DNA of 64,000 nucleotides. It comes from Sulfolobales archaeon HS-7. GTDB taxonomy: Archaea; Thermoproteota; Thermoprotei_A; Sulfolobales; Sulfolobaceae. Within the stretch, counting starts at the first letter, position 1. The number at the start of each line of letters is the position of its first letter. The notes beneath the pieces are model-generated. The model did no database searches and was not told where the DNA came from. It saw only the letters and a program-made list of their open reading frames with translations. The stretch is from NCBI GenBank assembly GCA_019704295.1, contig AP024596.1, positions 576,001-640,000 of the forward strand, read 5' to 3'. Below, piece after piece: positions 38,808 to 49,682 of the stretch. Position numbers and translations under genes: made by a program.

Positions 38808-39986
38808 TATTCTTATTCCCTCTTTTATCTCGTCGGGTGTGGGATAACTAAAGTTCAGCCTCATGGTATTCCTACCACTGTTATCGTAGAAGAAACCAGA
38901 ACCTGGTACATACGCTACTCCTCGTTCTAACGACTCAGCTAATAATTTTCCTGTATCAATTTTGTCACCTACTTTAGCAAATATGAACATACCTCCAACA
39001 GGACGACTCCACTCACAACCTTCAGGGAAGCTTTTTTCTAATTCGTCAAGCATTAGATCTCTCTTTTCTTTGTACATTTTTCTAATTCGTGGCAGATTCT
39101 TCTGTATTACTCCTCTCTTTATCGCTTCAAGTGCAATGTATTGTGTAAAAGTTGAGGAATGAAGGTCAACGCTTTGTTTCATCATTTCCATTTCCTTAAT
39201 AATATCTTCATCTGCAACAACCCATCCCAATCTTAATCCAGGAGACAGGATCTTGCTCATGGTTGACGTATATATTACTCTATTTTCCTCGTCTAGCGAT
39301 TTAATTGACGGAGGTGCCTCACCATCAAATACTACGTGTCCGTAAGCATCGTCCTCTATTATTAAGAAATTATATTTCGAGGCTAATTCAATTAAGTGTT
39401 TTCTCTTTTCCAAGCTCATCGTCACGCCGGCAGGGTTATGAGCCGTAGGTATTGTATAAAGGAATTTAACTCTCTTCCCTTCGTTATATAAGCGTTTTAA
39501 GTTCTCCTCGAGTTCCTCCATATTCATCCCGTCACTTTCTAATGTAATCCCGATAAAGGTAGGATAGTTCAGCCTGAATGAGTTAAGGGCAGCAAGATAC
39601 GTGGGATGTTCTATGATGAGAATGTCGCCAGGATCAAGTAGTAATTGACCTAAAATGTAAATCGATTCTTGGCTTCCGGTAGATACGAAAACGTTTTTAT
39701 AACTTATGCCACGTATTCCTCTTGATACCGAGAAATCGGCTATAGCTTTCCTAAATTCTGTAACACCTGCAGTTGTAGTATATTGGAGGGGTGCATAATC
39801 GTATTTATCTAGAATCTCCGAGGAAATCTGCTTTATATCTTCTGCCGGAAACGTATGTGGATCGGGTAGACCGCCAGCAAAGCTTATAACCTTCCTGCCC
39901 TCAGTAATTTTTAATATATCTCTAATCTCTGAGGCTCTGAGGTGTTTAGTTCTACTTGAGAAAACGTTTTGAAGAACGGTCTTCAT
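38778..39986 (-). CDS. PLP-dependent aminotransferase class I/II (LysN/ARO8-like)
   Basis: ISFAGGLPD, NPAG, IIEDDAY, SKILSPGLRLGW, RLNFS. Confidence 0.92.
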   Translation of the reverse strand: MKTVLQNVFSSRTKHLRASEIRDILKITEGRKVISFAGGLPDPHTFPAEDIKQISSEILDKYDYAPLQYTTTAGVTEFRKAIADFSVSRGIRGISYKNVFVSTGSQESIYILGQLLLDPGDILIIEHPTYLAALNSFRLNYPTFIGITLESDGMNMEELEENLKRLYNEGKRVKFLYTIPTAHNPAGVTMSLEKRKHLIELASKYNFLIIEDDAYGHVVFDGEAPPSIKSLDEENRVIYTSTMSKILSPGLRLGWVVADEDIIKEMEMMKQSVDLHSSTFTQYIALEAIKRGVIQKNLPRIRKMYKEKRDLMLDELEKSFPEGCEWSRPVGGMFIFAKVGDKIDTGKLLAESLERGVAYVPGSGFFYDNSGRNTMRLNFSYPTPDEIKEGIRILGDLIKEKS

Positions 39987-39995
39987 AAATAATAT

Positions 39996-40820
39996 TTGGT
40001 GATCGTCGTTAATAAATTCACGATCGACTGGGTGGAAATAATAACAGTAGGAAATGAGGTTGTTTCTGGAAGGACTGTAAATTCTAATGCTACAAATATA
40101 GCTAGGCGAATGCAGAGCCTAGGGTTTACAATTAATCGAGTAACTTCGGTCAGAGATGAAGAGGACGAAATAGTCGATGTTATTACATCTGCCTTAAGGA
40201 GAAAAAATAAAGTGATTATAATAACAGGAGGTTTAGGTCCCACTTACGACGATATAACGTCTCAATCTTTAGCAAAAGCTCTGAACAGAAAGCTTGAACA
40301 GAACGTAAAGGCCCTAGAACAAATAAAGGAGAAGTATAGGAAAAGGAATCTTGAGTTAACGCCAGAGAGAATTAAAATGGCATTTATCCCAGAAGGAGCT
40401 CAACCTGTAGATAATAATAAGGGAATTGCCCCAGGTATATATGTTAATGTAGAGGGGGTCGAAATATTAGCTACCCCTGGTGTTCCTAGCGAGATGGAAG
40501 ACGTTTTAGAGAACTTTATTAGGAGTTTCCTTAAATATCGCCCAGCTTTCAAATATTACGAGGCTAATTTGGAAGTACAGGGAGTAATGGAATCTGCAAT
40601 AGCCCCCCATATTGCTGAATTAGTCAAAAAGTACTTCCCTATATATATTAAAACTCACCCCCAAGGAAAGGAATTGGAAAAACCAGTGTTAAGGATCCAA
40701 ATAGCATTGAGTTCTGATAACGAGATGGAGGCCAAAAAGAAAATAGAGGACAGCAAAAGAGAGTTACTTAACGTCATTCACGCATTACACGGCACTGTGA
40801 CTGATCAGGGAACGTCATAG
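39996..40820 (+). CDS. CinA N-terminal (molybdopterin-binding-like) domain protein
   Basis: ITVGNEVVSG..NSN, TGGLGPTYDDIT, APG, PGVPSEM. Confidence 0.88.
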   Translation: MVIVVNKFTIDWVEIITVGNEVVSGRTVNSNATNIARRMQSLGFTINRVTSVRDEEDEIVDVITSALRRKNKVIIITGGLGPTYDDITSQSLAKALNRKLEQNVKALEQIKEKYRKRNLELTPERIKMAFIPEGAQPVDNNKGIAPGIYVNVEGVEILATPGVPSEMEDVLENFIRSFLKYRPAFKYYEANLEVQGVMESAIAPHIAELVKKYFPIYIKTHPQGKELEKPVLRIQIALSSDNEMEAKKKIEDSKRELLNVIHALHGTVTDQGTS

Positions 40821-41254
40821 AGAGGACAAGAAATACATAAGTAGGGAAACACTGAAACGATTACTTTTCTTCCAGATTCCGTCACCTGTATTGCGTCTTG
40901 GGGGATACCAAATATTTCAGGCTCGCTAATGTTCCATGCGCTACATATACCGCCCTTAGCATGCTTACAAGTTTGGGATTTCCATATTCCTTGGGATTTA
41001 GCTAAACTTAACCAAGAGAGCTGTTCATACTTAACTTCAAGACCTTTAACTTTTTCTTCCAACGTGGCAATTTTCTCATCGGTAGTTTTTTTGAACTCCA
41101 AATCCCCTATAATCTTATTGTTTATCTCTTCTTTTATTTCCTCGATCTCGCTCTTTACTGAAGATATTTCCTGATGTACTGAAGAGGAAGATACCAGAAT
41201 TACATCGGCTTTTAACGGATTATTAAATTGAGCTTCCATGAGTAATATCTTCAT
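40805..41254 (-). CDS. Hypothetical coiled-coil protein with C-terminal Cys cluster (start uncertain)
   Basis: Heptad-like N-terminal half; CKH...C...CISC at the C-terminus. Confidence 0.65.
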   Translation of the reverse strand: MKILLMEAQFNNPLKADVILVSSSSVHQEISSVKSEIEEIKEEINNKIIGDLEFKKTTDEKIATLEEKVKGLEVKYEQLSWLSLAKSQGIWKSQTCKHAKGGICSAWNISEPEIFGIPQDAIQVTESGRKVIVSVFPYLCISCPLYDVP

Positions 41255-41293
41255 AACCTTATCCTTTTAAGCAAGTTATCACAATAAGACTCC

Positions 41294-42034
41294 ATGAATA
41301 AAGAGCTATATAAAGATAGGGTATCTGCCCTTGTTGACGTTATGGGTACTGTCTTAAAACAATGGCCAAGTATTGATAGGGATAACGTAATAAAAATCCT
41401 TGAGGAAACTTATAAAAGTAAGGGGATAAGACCGATTAGAGGCTTTAGAGCAGAGAATCTCTACGAAAAGGAAATGACCAGCTTGTACCTTATAGGAAAA
41501 TATGGATTAGGTCTTGCTGAAGAACACGATCAACTTTTTCAATTAATTTTTTATAGGGAGATTAAATACGACGAGATAGCAACCGCTTTAATTAACGGAA
41601 ATGTTGAAACCGGAATTAGAGATTCAATGAACGACTCCGATACTCTATCACGGGCATTGAGATTGATTTTCATTTCGACACTCTTTTCATTTCAGGATGA
41701 GGAAGCGCTATTTAGAGTTATTAGAGAATTAGGAAACAACGCTAACGAGGAGATCCGACATGTTTCGAGGAGTTTTGCTAGGTTTTTCACCGCCTTTAAA
41801 ATAGCAGAAGCCATAGCTGAAAGAACAGTAAGGGATAAGGTTACAGCCGAGGTTCTGGAGAAAGCTATAAGGATACGACTTGGAGCCGACTTCTTCTACC
41901 CGAAAAGAGAATACATAGCGCTAATAGCTAGGGAGGTTTTCGGCATAAATCCAAAGTACTTAAGGCGTGTTCTCGACTCAGATGGTTCAGAATTACTACA
42001 GAAAACTGTTTACAATTCTGGAAGAGAGAGTTGA
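41294..42034 (+). CDS. Conserved crenarchaeal protein (DUF2192-like)
   Basis: GIRPIRG..LYEKEMTSLYLIGKYGLG, FFTAFKIAEAIA. Confidence 0.72.
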   Translation: MNKELYKDRVSALVDVMGTVLKQWPSIDRDNVIKILEETYKSKGIRPIRGFRAENLYEKEMTSLYLIGKYGLGLAEEHDQLFQLIFYREIKYDEIATALINGNVETGIRDSMNDSDTLSRALRLIFISTLFSFQDEEALFRVIRELGNNANEEIRHVSRSFARFFTAFKIAEAIAERTVRDKVTAEVLEKAIRIRLGADFFYPKREYIALIAREVFGINPKYLRRVLDSDGSELLQKTVYNSGRES

Positions 42035-42078
42035 CTCCGACCCCCGGCTAACTTTTTGTTTCAATCCCATATCCTAAC

Positions 42079-42397
42079 GTAAACTCTACCTAGTCATAAC
42101 GGAGAGGTTTTACCACGTCAAGGTAAGGATTTCCTGCTTCACACCTCCACTTTGCCCAGGGGACTCCTTAGGCATTAAGGGTAGCACCGACTTCGAGTTA
42201 ACATGATGGCGTTCTGAGGACCGTTGATTAGAGACGAGGCGTACCGCAGTGACCCCCGCTTAGGCGTCCCGATTACGCTTACTCCATCAATGAGTATGAT
42301 TGATATGTTGCCTGCGAACCAATATTTAAACTAATACGAAAAGGGTCATCCATCCTCAAAGGTCTTCAGCCCACTTAACCCCCTATTAAAATATAAA
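42079..42397 (-). mobile_element. IS200/IS605-type MITE
   Basis: ttcctgcttc right end, gttaac..gaggcgtaccgca..taggcgtc core, catccatcctc..ggtcttc left end. Confidence 0.8.
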
Positions 42398-42462
42398 CCG
42401 TCTTCGTTCTGAGGAAAATATTTAATAATTTTTTCAGACTATTCACTTAATGTGAATTATAA

Positions 42463-43365
42463 TTGCAAAATCTTTCAATGACGCAAAGAGAAATTTTACT
42501 AGCCTTAATAGAACTGTATAACAAAGGGAAATCAATGATTAAGAGCAAGGAGGTTGCAGATATGATAGGCAAAGACGAAGGCACTGTAAGAAATGTTATT
42601 ATCAGTTTAAAGGTTCTAGGATTAGTTGAATCAAAGCCCGGTCCCAATGGCGGATACATGCCGACACTTAAAGCCTTCGAGTATATAAGGAATCCAAGTG
42701 TAGTTCCTGTTTACGATAAATTGAGCATTTATAGGAATGGTATAGAGACTGACATTAAAGTTTCCAATATTGAGATCCTAGACATAACTAACCCTAAGGG
42801 AAATAGAGTTCTACTAAAAGTAACTGGCGATATAGGAAAACTGAGGATTGGAGAAACTATAAGGATAGGACCAACACCTTACAGTAGGCTTGTGGTTGAG
42901 GGACTTATCATGCATATTGATGAAGTTAGAAAGGAGATAATAATTGACGTATCGAGGATGGTTAGCATACCTAAGGAAAGGATAGGAAACTTATTGTCTA
43001 GGAAATTAATAACAGTTAAAGGGGACATGAGCATAATGGACGTTGCATCAACTTTCTACAGAGAGGCTATCAGAGGAGCTCCAGTAGTCAATAACGACGG
43101 AAAGTTAGTTGGAATTATAACAACTGCAGATATAATGAAAGCCTTTTATGAGAGAAAGTTTGATGCCAAAGTTGAAGATTTTATGAGAACTAATGTAATT
43201 ACGATTACAGAGGATGAGGACATATTCGACGCAATAAGGAAAATGATAGCAAACGAGGTTGGAAGACTTTTAGTAGTGAGCAATAGCAATTCGCTTGTGG
43301 GCATTATAACCAGGACTGACATTCTGAGAAGGATAGCTGGTCTCGAGGGAAGCTGGGCCATATGA
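42463..43365 (+). CDS. Transcription regulator, HrcA-like wHTH plus CBS pair (COG2524-like)
   Basis: IKSKEVA...GTVRN...GLVESKPGPNGGY; two CBS repeats. Confidence 0.88.
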   Translation: MQNLSMTQREILLALIELYNKGKSMIKSKEVADMIGKDEGTVRNVIISLKVLGLVESKPGPNGGYMPTLKAFEYIRNPSVVPVYDKLSIYRNGIETDIKVSNIEILDITNPKGNRVLLKVTGDIGKLRIGETIRIGPTPYSRLVVEGLIMHIDEVRKEIIIDVSRMVSIPKERIGNLLSRKLITVKGDMSIMDVASTFYREAIRGAPVVNNDGKLVGIITTADIMKAFYERKFDAKVEDFMRTNVITITEDEDIFDAIRKMIANEVGRLLVVSNSNSLVGIITRTDILRRIAGLEGSWAI

Positions 43366-43685
43366 AGGAGAGATGTTGGTTACTTCTAGATGATGGAGTT
43401 ATAGAAGTAAGTAACAAAAGTGAAAATGGCTTTTCATTTGATCCTGAGGAATTTCATGATGTATTGACCAACCATAAGGTTCTCGGAATAATTCATACCC
43501 ACGAAAAGAATTGTGCTCCCAGTATTCATGATATTGAGGGCATGATGTGGTGGAATTTCCCGTGGATTATTATGGCGCCTACATGCATTAAGGGATATAT
43601 TTTAGATTTGGGTGTAAAGGAGATTAACATTAATCCCTTTTTTCTTGAGATGCTCAAGGACCTTTTCATGAAGCTGAGCGATTAA
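43362..43685 (+). CDS. Minimal JAB/MPN+ (JAMM) metalloprotease
   Basis: N-terminal ERC and HTHEKNCAPSIHD (HxH-x7-S-x2-D-like). Confidence 0.72.
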   Translation: MKERCWLLLDDGVIEVSNKSENGFSFDPEEFHDVLTNHKVLGIIHTHEKNCAPSIHDIEGMMWWNFPWIIMAPTCIKGYILDLGVKEININPFFLEMLKDLFMKLSD

Positions 43686-46232
43686 GTTCCTTTTATCAGA
43701 AGCTAGCACTACATCCGAATATTCCTTTATAATTATTGAATGAGCAAATGGACTCGGCACCTCCTCTGGACCAGTTGTTACAATGCTTATTTCTTTATTG
43801 GCAATTTTTTTCATTATTTCCTTAGCGTGAGCTATATCCATATAGTCTTCCAGTATTTCCCTTATCGTCTCCTTTAAAACCGGAAAGTTTGGTATATCCT
43901 TTACTACGTTTATCAGAGTATAAGAATTAAGTTGCCTTCTTTCGATGCTAGTTTCCCTTCCTTTATATCTCTTCAGTAACATGAAAGATCTTTCTGCAAC
44001 GTGTCTAAATCTCCTCCTTAACATTTCAGTCCTAAGTATAACGTTGGCTAAAACTTCCTCCGCATCACTCGTAACTGACCACGTTATAATATCATTGATA
44101 TTAACGTTAATCCTACCAGGAAGGGTTAATACAAATCCATTATCGTTAACTCCTATCCTTACGTCTACGCCATACTCGTTACTTATCGCATATGCAAAGA
44201 TTTTTGAAATGGCTTCAACAGTTCTTCTACCGAAAAGCATGTGAAATATGAGGTTTCTATTTCCTTCACTATCATCGTAAATCTCTACCACTATTGTTTT
44301 TTCTGAAGGGACTATACCATTAGTAAACAAGAATTGTTCTCCCACATATTCAAAAATAGCCCTTGCTGAATTCATCGTCAGTTGATAATTATCGACAATG
44401 TAGTTTATGATCTCCTTAGGATTTACTCCCTTCTTGATCATATCTCCTATTTCGCCCCGAAATTTACCTATTTCTAATGCCGAATCGTAAGCTAAAGGTA
44501 ACATTTCGGAGATCCAGCTGGGAACCGTGGGCCTTTTTCCCATTGCGTCTCTTATTATAATTGAACTTCCCTTACTAGTTAGGAATTGATACGTTTTACC
44601 CCCGAGCACAAAAATATCTCCCGGTACTAAATTTTCGACGAATTCCTCCTCTAGCGTTCCTATGACTTTTCCTTTCTCATCTCTAGCCAAAATCTTAGTT
44701 TCGTCAGGGATAGTTCCACTATTCATGAAAAACATCATTCTAAGTCCTCTCTTGTTTTTTAAGATACCCGCGTCCTCTCTGAGTTTCGAATATACATTCC
44801 TATCCTCTAAGGAATAGTCTCCTAAAAGGTAACTTATTACACTATCAAAATCCTTCCGCGGCAGTTCGGAAAATGTGTAGCTTTTCTTTAACACCTGAAA
44901 CAACTCGTCCTTATTAGGAGTTGACGCAAGAGTAGCAACTATAATAAGTTGAGTTAGGACGTCCAAGGGATTTCTAGGTATATGGATACTATCTATCTTT
45001 CTTTCTAAAGCCAGTTTTGCGAGAACGGAGCACTCTACTAAATCATCCCTATCAACAACTATTATCTTTCCCTTACTAGTCGTCCTTATATGATGACCAG
45101 ATCTGCCTATTCTTTGAAGAAGACGGCTTACGCTTTTAGGACTACTTAACAGAATCACTATATCGATATAGCCTATATCTATCCCCAATTCTAGACTTGT
45201 AGACGAAACAACTACTTTTAATTGTCCATTCTTTAATTTCTCCTCAACGTCAAGTCTTACATCCCTGCCTAGACTACTGTGATGGGCTCCAACTAAATCA
45301 GAATCGAAAAGTTTCTCCTCTGAAACGATATTTCTCAACTTATACGATACTCGTTCAGCTGCACTTCTAGTGTTTGTAAAGACTAGGGTAGTTCTATGCT
45401 TTTTCACCTCCTCTATAAGCGTACTATATATTCCCTCACTAACTTCCTGATCGTCGGCGTGAATTAAATCCTTAACAGGGGACATTACCTTAATGTCTAT
45501 GGGTTTTGCGAACCTAGCATCGGCAATTAGACAATCCCTATCAATCCCTACTAAAAACTCGGCGACTTTTTCTAAGGGGGAAACAGTAGCGCTCAATCCT
45601 ATTCTTGCAAAGGGGCTTTTTGAGAGATAATGTGAGAATATTTCAATCCCCCCCATGAGGTAACTTCCCCTCTTACTACTCGCTAGTTCATGGATCTCGT
45701 CTATCACAAACCAATTAACGTTAGTTAGTTTTTCCTTAAACTTTAATGAAGCAAGGGATATTACAAACGACTCGGGTGTTGTTATTAGGATATGCGGGGG
45801 ATTTCTTAACATCTTTTGCTTCTGATAAGAGGGAGTATCGCTTGTTCTTACTCCTATTCTTATTTCTTGAAGTTTTATTGAATTAGCTTCTGCAATCTGA
45901 TATATTTCATTAAGGGGCTGTAACAGGTTTCTATTCATATCGTTATTTAAAGCCCTTAGCGGAGATATGTAAACTGCGTAAATTTTATCTTCTAGTCTTC
46001 CCTCTTGCGCTAGAGTTATCAATTCATCAATTATTCCTAAAAATGCGGAAAGAGTTTTCCCAGTTCCAGTAGGACTTGATATAAGAATATTCTGCCTCCC
46101 CTTAATCGGTAATATGCTCATTTTTTGCGGCATAGTAAAGTCGGTGTACCTTTCCTTGAACCACCTTGAGATAATGGGATTTAGCTCTTTGTAAATCGAA
46201 GAACTACGTACGGGTTCAGCGAATTCAATCAT
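43602..46232 (-). CDS. lhr: Lhr-family SF2 helicase
   Basis: PTGTGKT, SPLRAL, TTPES, DEIH, SAT, HHSSL, LELGIDIG, QRIGRSGH. Confidence 0.93.
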   Translation of the reverse strand: MIEFAEPVRSSSIYKELNPIISRWFKERYTDFTMPQKMSILPIKGRQNILISSPTGTGKTLSAFLGIIDELITLAQEGRLEDKIYAVYISPLRALNNDMNRNLLQPLNEIYQIAEANSIKLQEIRIGVRTSDTPSYQKQKMLRNPPHILITTPESFVISLASLKFKEKLTNVNWFVIDEIHELASSKRGSYLMGGIEIFSHYLSKSPFARIGLSATVSPLEKVAEFLVGIDRDCLIADARFAKPIDIKVMSPVKDLIHADDQEVSEGIYSTLIEEVKKHRTTLVFTNTRSAAERVSYKLRNIVSEEKLFDSDLVGAHHSSLGRDVRLDVEEKLKNGQLKVVVSSTSLELGIDIGYIDIVILLSSPKSVSRLLQRIGRSGHHIRTTSKGKIIVVDRDDLVECSVLAKLALERKIDSIHIPRNPLDVLTQLIIVATLASTPNKDELFQVLKKSYTFSELPRKDFDSVISYLLGDYSLEDRNVYSKLREDAGILKNKRGLRMMFFMNSGTIPDETKILARDEKGKVIGTLEEEFVENLVPGDIFVLGGKTYQFLTSKGSSIIIRDAMGKRPTVPSWISEMLPLAYDSALEIGKFRGEIGDMIKKGVNPKEIINYIVDNYQLTMNSARAIFEYVGEQFLFTNGIVPSEKTIVVEIYDDSEGNRNLIFHMLFGRRTVEAISKIFAYAISNEYGVDVRIGVNDNGFVLTLPGRINVNINDIITWSVTSDAEEVLANVILRTEMLRRRFRHVAERSFMLLKRYKGRETSIERRQLNSYTLINVVKDIPNFPVLKETIREILEDYMDIAHAKEIMKKIANKEISIVTTGPEEVPSPFAHSIIIKEYSDVVLASDKRNLIAQLHEKVLEHLKKKGINVNLLYTQI

Positions 46233-46366
46233 TATGAATCAGTTTTTCCCCAGGCTAAAAAGGCTTGACATGAAAACTTCTTAAACCTTTGCGTACGACT
46301 TCAATTAAGTTATACTACTACTTTTTAGAAAGATTTTTATTTAGTTTTTGGTTAAATCATTATATT

Positions 46367-46750
46367 ATGGAAACAATGAAATTTGAGAAATCAAAGGTAA
46401 GACTCCCCTCAGGAAAAGAGGTAAGCGTTTCGGAAGCACTAAAATTTTGCTACGATTTATCTGATACGGATATACAAGTGCTCCAAGTCTTATCTAAGAC
46501 AGAATATAAAAGCGAGGATGAGATCTCCAATTCACTAAAACTAAGCAAGGCCTCCGTAAATAGAAGCCTAAATAAACTGTTATCTACAGGGTTTTGTGAC
46601 AGGATGAAAGATCAAAACTCAAAGGGAGGGAGACCTAGATACTTATATAAGGCGCTTAGCACTGAAATGTTCATAGAGAAGATAACACGTGACCTTAATT
46701 CCTGTGCAGATATATTTTCTCATGCCCTACCTCAACTTATCGGCAGTTAG
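46367..46750 (+). CDS. wHTH transcription regulator (COG3355/TrmB-like)
   Basis: [31 protein letters not shown]; ATG at 46367 or 46376 preferred over the upstream TTG. Confidence 0.82.
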   Translation: METMKFEKSKVRLPSGKEVSVSEALKFCYDLSDTDIQVLQVLSKTEYKSEDEISNSLKLSKASVNRSLNKLLSTGFCDRMKDQNSKGGRPRYLYKALSTEMFIEKITRDLNSCADIFSHALPQLIGS

Positions 46751-46892
46751 TGACGAACCTAGTGGGTTCTTGCCTAAAGGCTAGTAGACATAATTCTGTG
46801 TCAAAATAGTATATCATATCATTACGCGGTTCTCTATACGGCGTACATTCGGCTTCGAATAGCCTATTACATACAGGACATACTACTTTCAT
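46737..46892 (-). CDS. Unannotated 51-aa YHS/TRASH-domain protein
   Basis: [51 protein letters not shown]: CPVC...YYF..C...F..P pattern; ATG 46892, TAA 46737. Confidence 0.75.
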   Translation of the reverse strand: MKVVCPVCNRLFEAECTPYREPRNDMIYYFDTELCLLAFRQEPTRFVTNCR

Positions 46893-46935
46893 ATTCCCAA
46901 ACAAAATATATCTCATTAGTTAAATAATAGATTAA

Positions 46936-47626
46936 CGCTGCTGCTAACGGTTTTTGATAGAGTGTAAAATTTATCTTATTTCATCACAAATTTCATATGA
47001 TGTTGAGACCTAGAGAAGTGTGAAAGTGTCTAGGCACTCCATACTCCGCCTCTAGCACAACTATGGGAAAGGTTAGTCCAGAAACTTACATGTATCAACG
47101 TCGTAGACCTTGACGCTCTTACCCTAGGACAACTTGGACCTCTTTAGACCAAACCATTGTAGGGAATAATTATCCTCACGGCTAGTGCTACATGTTTTCC
47201 TCGAGGAAGTAGCTATACAGTCTTGAGAAAGGAATTGGGTTAAAGATGAGCAGAATAAGGTCGTTCGTATAGAGGAGTATTCAAAGTGTGTTGAAGTACA
47301 AGGCTCCTCTTTACGCTCCTTCAAGAAGAAGGTAAATCCTCGTCCAACCTCTGAGTCCTCCCGCTGTGGACGACTTTCCCCAATTGTCGGCGGGAATTTT
47401 AAGTGTGAGAGTTACAAATTCACTTTAGATAGACAACTAAACTCTTCCATAAACATATAGATCAAGATGTGTGGGTTTCCCCACGTCCCTGAACACCTCG
47501 GACGTGGGTCGGGGGGTTATCCTGCTGAAGGGATGGAGGAACGGGGCAATCCCCCGTAACTTCGGTAAAGTCCAAGGGCAGAGGATTAGATATAAATTCA
47601 TGAAAATTTTATGAAGCCAAAACCCC
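46936..47626 (+). mobile_element. Internally deleted IS607-family element (tnpA start fused to decayed tnpB 3' part)
   Basis: MLRPREV*KCLG at ~47000 resembles the serine-recombinase N-terminus; SIQSVLKYKAPLY, FTLDRQLNSSINI and KMCGFPH are TnpB C-terminal motifs; right end at ~47626. Confidence 0.85.
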
Positions 47627-47636
47627 TAGAAAGTCT

Positions 47637-48182
47637 TCACCACGGCATAGCGACTTTTAATTTTGTAGTGTTGTCACCAACTAATACCTCAATCCTTACT
47701 GTTCCACAATCCTTCCGCAGTGATATATACTGTTCTGTAGCTCTAACTTTAAGTGGAGAGCAACCTTTTATTTCCCTTAGTTTTGAGGTATAAAAAGGAT
47801 TTCTTATTTTCCTAATTGCAGAGTTATACGCTTTATCGAATAATTGATTTAGGTCATTGCTTTGATATTTCCTCTTCATTATGACCTTTATTTCGATAGC
47901 GTCCTCGGAATAAGTGATACTCACATTGTCATTGGTTTTCCTTACAATAGTAGTCGATGCCAACAGTATTACGGGTTGTGAGATTATAATGGGGAGGAAA
48001 AAACTTTTTAAAAAAATATATAGTATAACTCCGCCCATAAGCGAAGGAATTAAAGAAAGTGATATATATATGATAGCTTCCTTTAACTCATAGCTAAAAT
48101 TCCCTATAAGGTAACCAGCTATTGCTGGCCCAAAAAAAGGTACAGTAGATGATGGTATCGCTAGCAATCTTCGATCTAGCAT
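47637..48182 (-). CDS. Hypothetical membrane protein
   Basis: Hydrophobic N-terminal half (PFFGPAIAGYL) and a soluble C-terminal domain. Confidence 0.65.
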   Translation of the reverse strand: MLDRRLLAIPSSTVPFFGPAIAGYLIGNFSYELKEAIIYISLSLIPSLMGGVILYIFLKSFFLPIIISQPVILLASTTIVRKTNDNVSITYSEDAIEIKVIMKRKYQSNDLNQLFDKAYNSAIRKIRNPFYTSKLREIKGCSPLKVRATEQYISLRKDCGTVRIEVLVGDNTTKLKVAMPW

Positions 48183-48245
48183 AGTTAGTAATATAGTGGT
48201 AATACAACCTTAAAAATATTCATAATAACTTGTTTTCGATCTTTT

Positions 48246-49010
48246 ATGGATACTATATCTGCAAAGGACGAGGGAGAAATATTCTGGGTATATTTAGATC
48301 GAGAGAAAAAGAAGAACGCAATAAACACTCAAATGCTGAGGGAACTTCTGTACCAACTTGACGTTATCGAACAAAACGAAAAAGTAAAAGTCGTAGTTAT
48401 AACTGGTAAAGGAGATGTATTTTGCGCCGGTGCCGATATTAATGAATTTCTTAATTTAAATGTATTAAATGCATATGAATTTTCGAAATTAGGTAAATTG
48501 GTAACAGAAAGAATAGAGAAATCGGCAAAAATATACGTTGCATTAATTAATGGACATGCGTTCGGTGGAGGATTAGAACTAGCTATGGCGTGTGATTTAA
48601 GGATTTCCCAACTAAAATCGGAATTGGGTTTACCCGAGATTAAACTTGGAATATTTCCAGGATTCGGTGGCACGCAAAGGTTAGTGAAATTAGTCGGTAA
48701 GGGAAGGGCATTTGATATTATTCTAACGGGAAGGAGGATTACAGGAGAAGAAGCGAGGAATATAGGACTAGTTAACTACGTGTTTGGAGAAGAGGAATTC
48801 TATGATGAAAGCCTAAAGCTATTAAAAGAGTTAGCGGCTAAACCCATAGCTACGCTATCACTGATTAAAAGAGTAATCAACGACGGTTCGGATCTTCCAC
48901 TTCATTATGGACTATCCGTTGAGAGCTTAGCTTGGGGGATGACTTTTTCCAGGAGCGATATAAATGATGGATTTGAGGAATTTCTTAAAAGGAAGAAATA
49001 TAAATATTGA
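48246..49010 (+). CDS. Enoyl-CoA hydratase/crotonase family protein
   Basis: FCAGADI, GGGLELAMACD, PEIKLGIFPGFGGTQRL. Confidence 0.92.
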   Translation: MDTISAKDEGEIFWVYLDREKKKNAINTQMLRELLYQLDVIEQNEKVKVVVITGKGDVFCAGADINEFLNLNVLNAYEFSKLGKLVTERIEKSAKIYVALINGHAFGGGLELAMACDLRISQLKSELGLPEIKLGIFPGFGGTQRLVKLVGKGRAFDIILTGRRITGEEARNIGLVNYVFGEEEFYDESLKLLKELAAKPIATLSLIKRVINDGSDLPLHYGLSVESLAWGMTFSRSDINDGFEEFLKRKKYKY

Positions 49011-49682
49011 TATTTGAGAAAATATAATATAGTTTTCTAACTATACAATGATTGGCTAAGATTTGAGATACTTAGAGTTAAAAGGATGTTTACATGATTC
49101 CAAGTTATAGTCCCTTAGAGCGAGATGCTTTCCACTAACACCATTAAGTTCTCAACATGCTAAAGGGGCGTAGCTAGTATTACTGATAGTATTATTCACA
49201 AAACTTAATATTATTTACAAAACTTTGATTTAACGTATCCACAAGAGGCATCCGTTCCCGTAATGGTCCCTTACATCCTGTACAATCCTTATTTTATATA
49301 ACCTCATTTTAAATGAAGATTGTTACCCCCTAAAATATGAAGACTATAACACGTTTACGTAACTTTTAATTACTTTTAATCATTTCTTAATATGATCTTT
49401 ATTAAGGTTACGTTTATATAGTGTTACCTTAATGACGTATATTGGTGAACTCCCTACTGATTACGGGATCTGCTCACGAGGTTTTAAGAGTGATAGATAG
49501 GAAAGTAGGGTATATGTGTTTCTCTCGACTAGCTCCAATGAGTTAAGGGTAACTGTGTATGATCCCTTAAGAGGAGTGCCCGCGGTGAATTAAAAGTAAA
49601 GGATAAGTTACACCACGGATAAACACGAATAAGATGGACCTTCACATATTTGAATTTTTATCTAGTTTAAAAAGTGATTATA

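Noticed and set aside
47000-47040. In-frame TGA in IS607 tnpA as recoding (selenocysteine or readthrough)
   Set aside because: The surrounding element is deleted and full of other lesions; ordinary decay.
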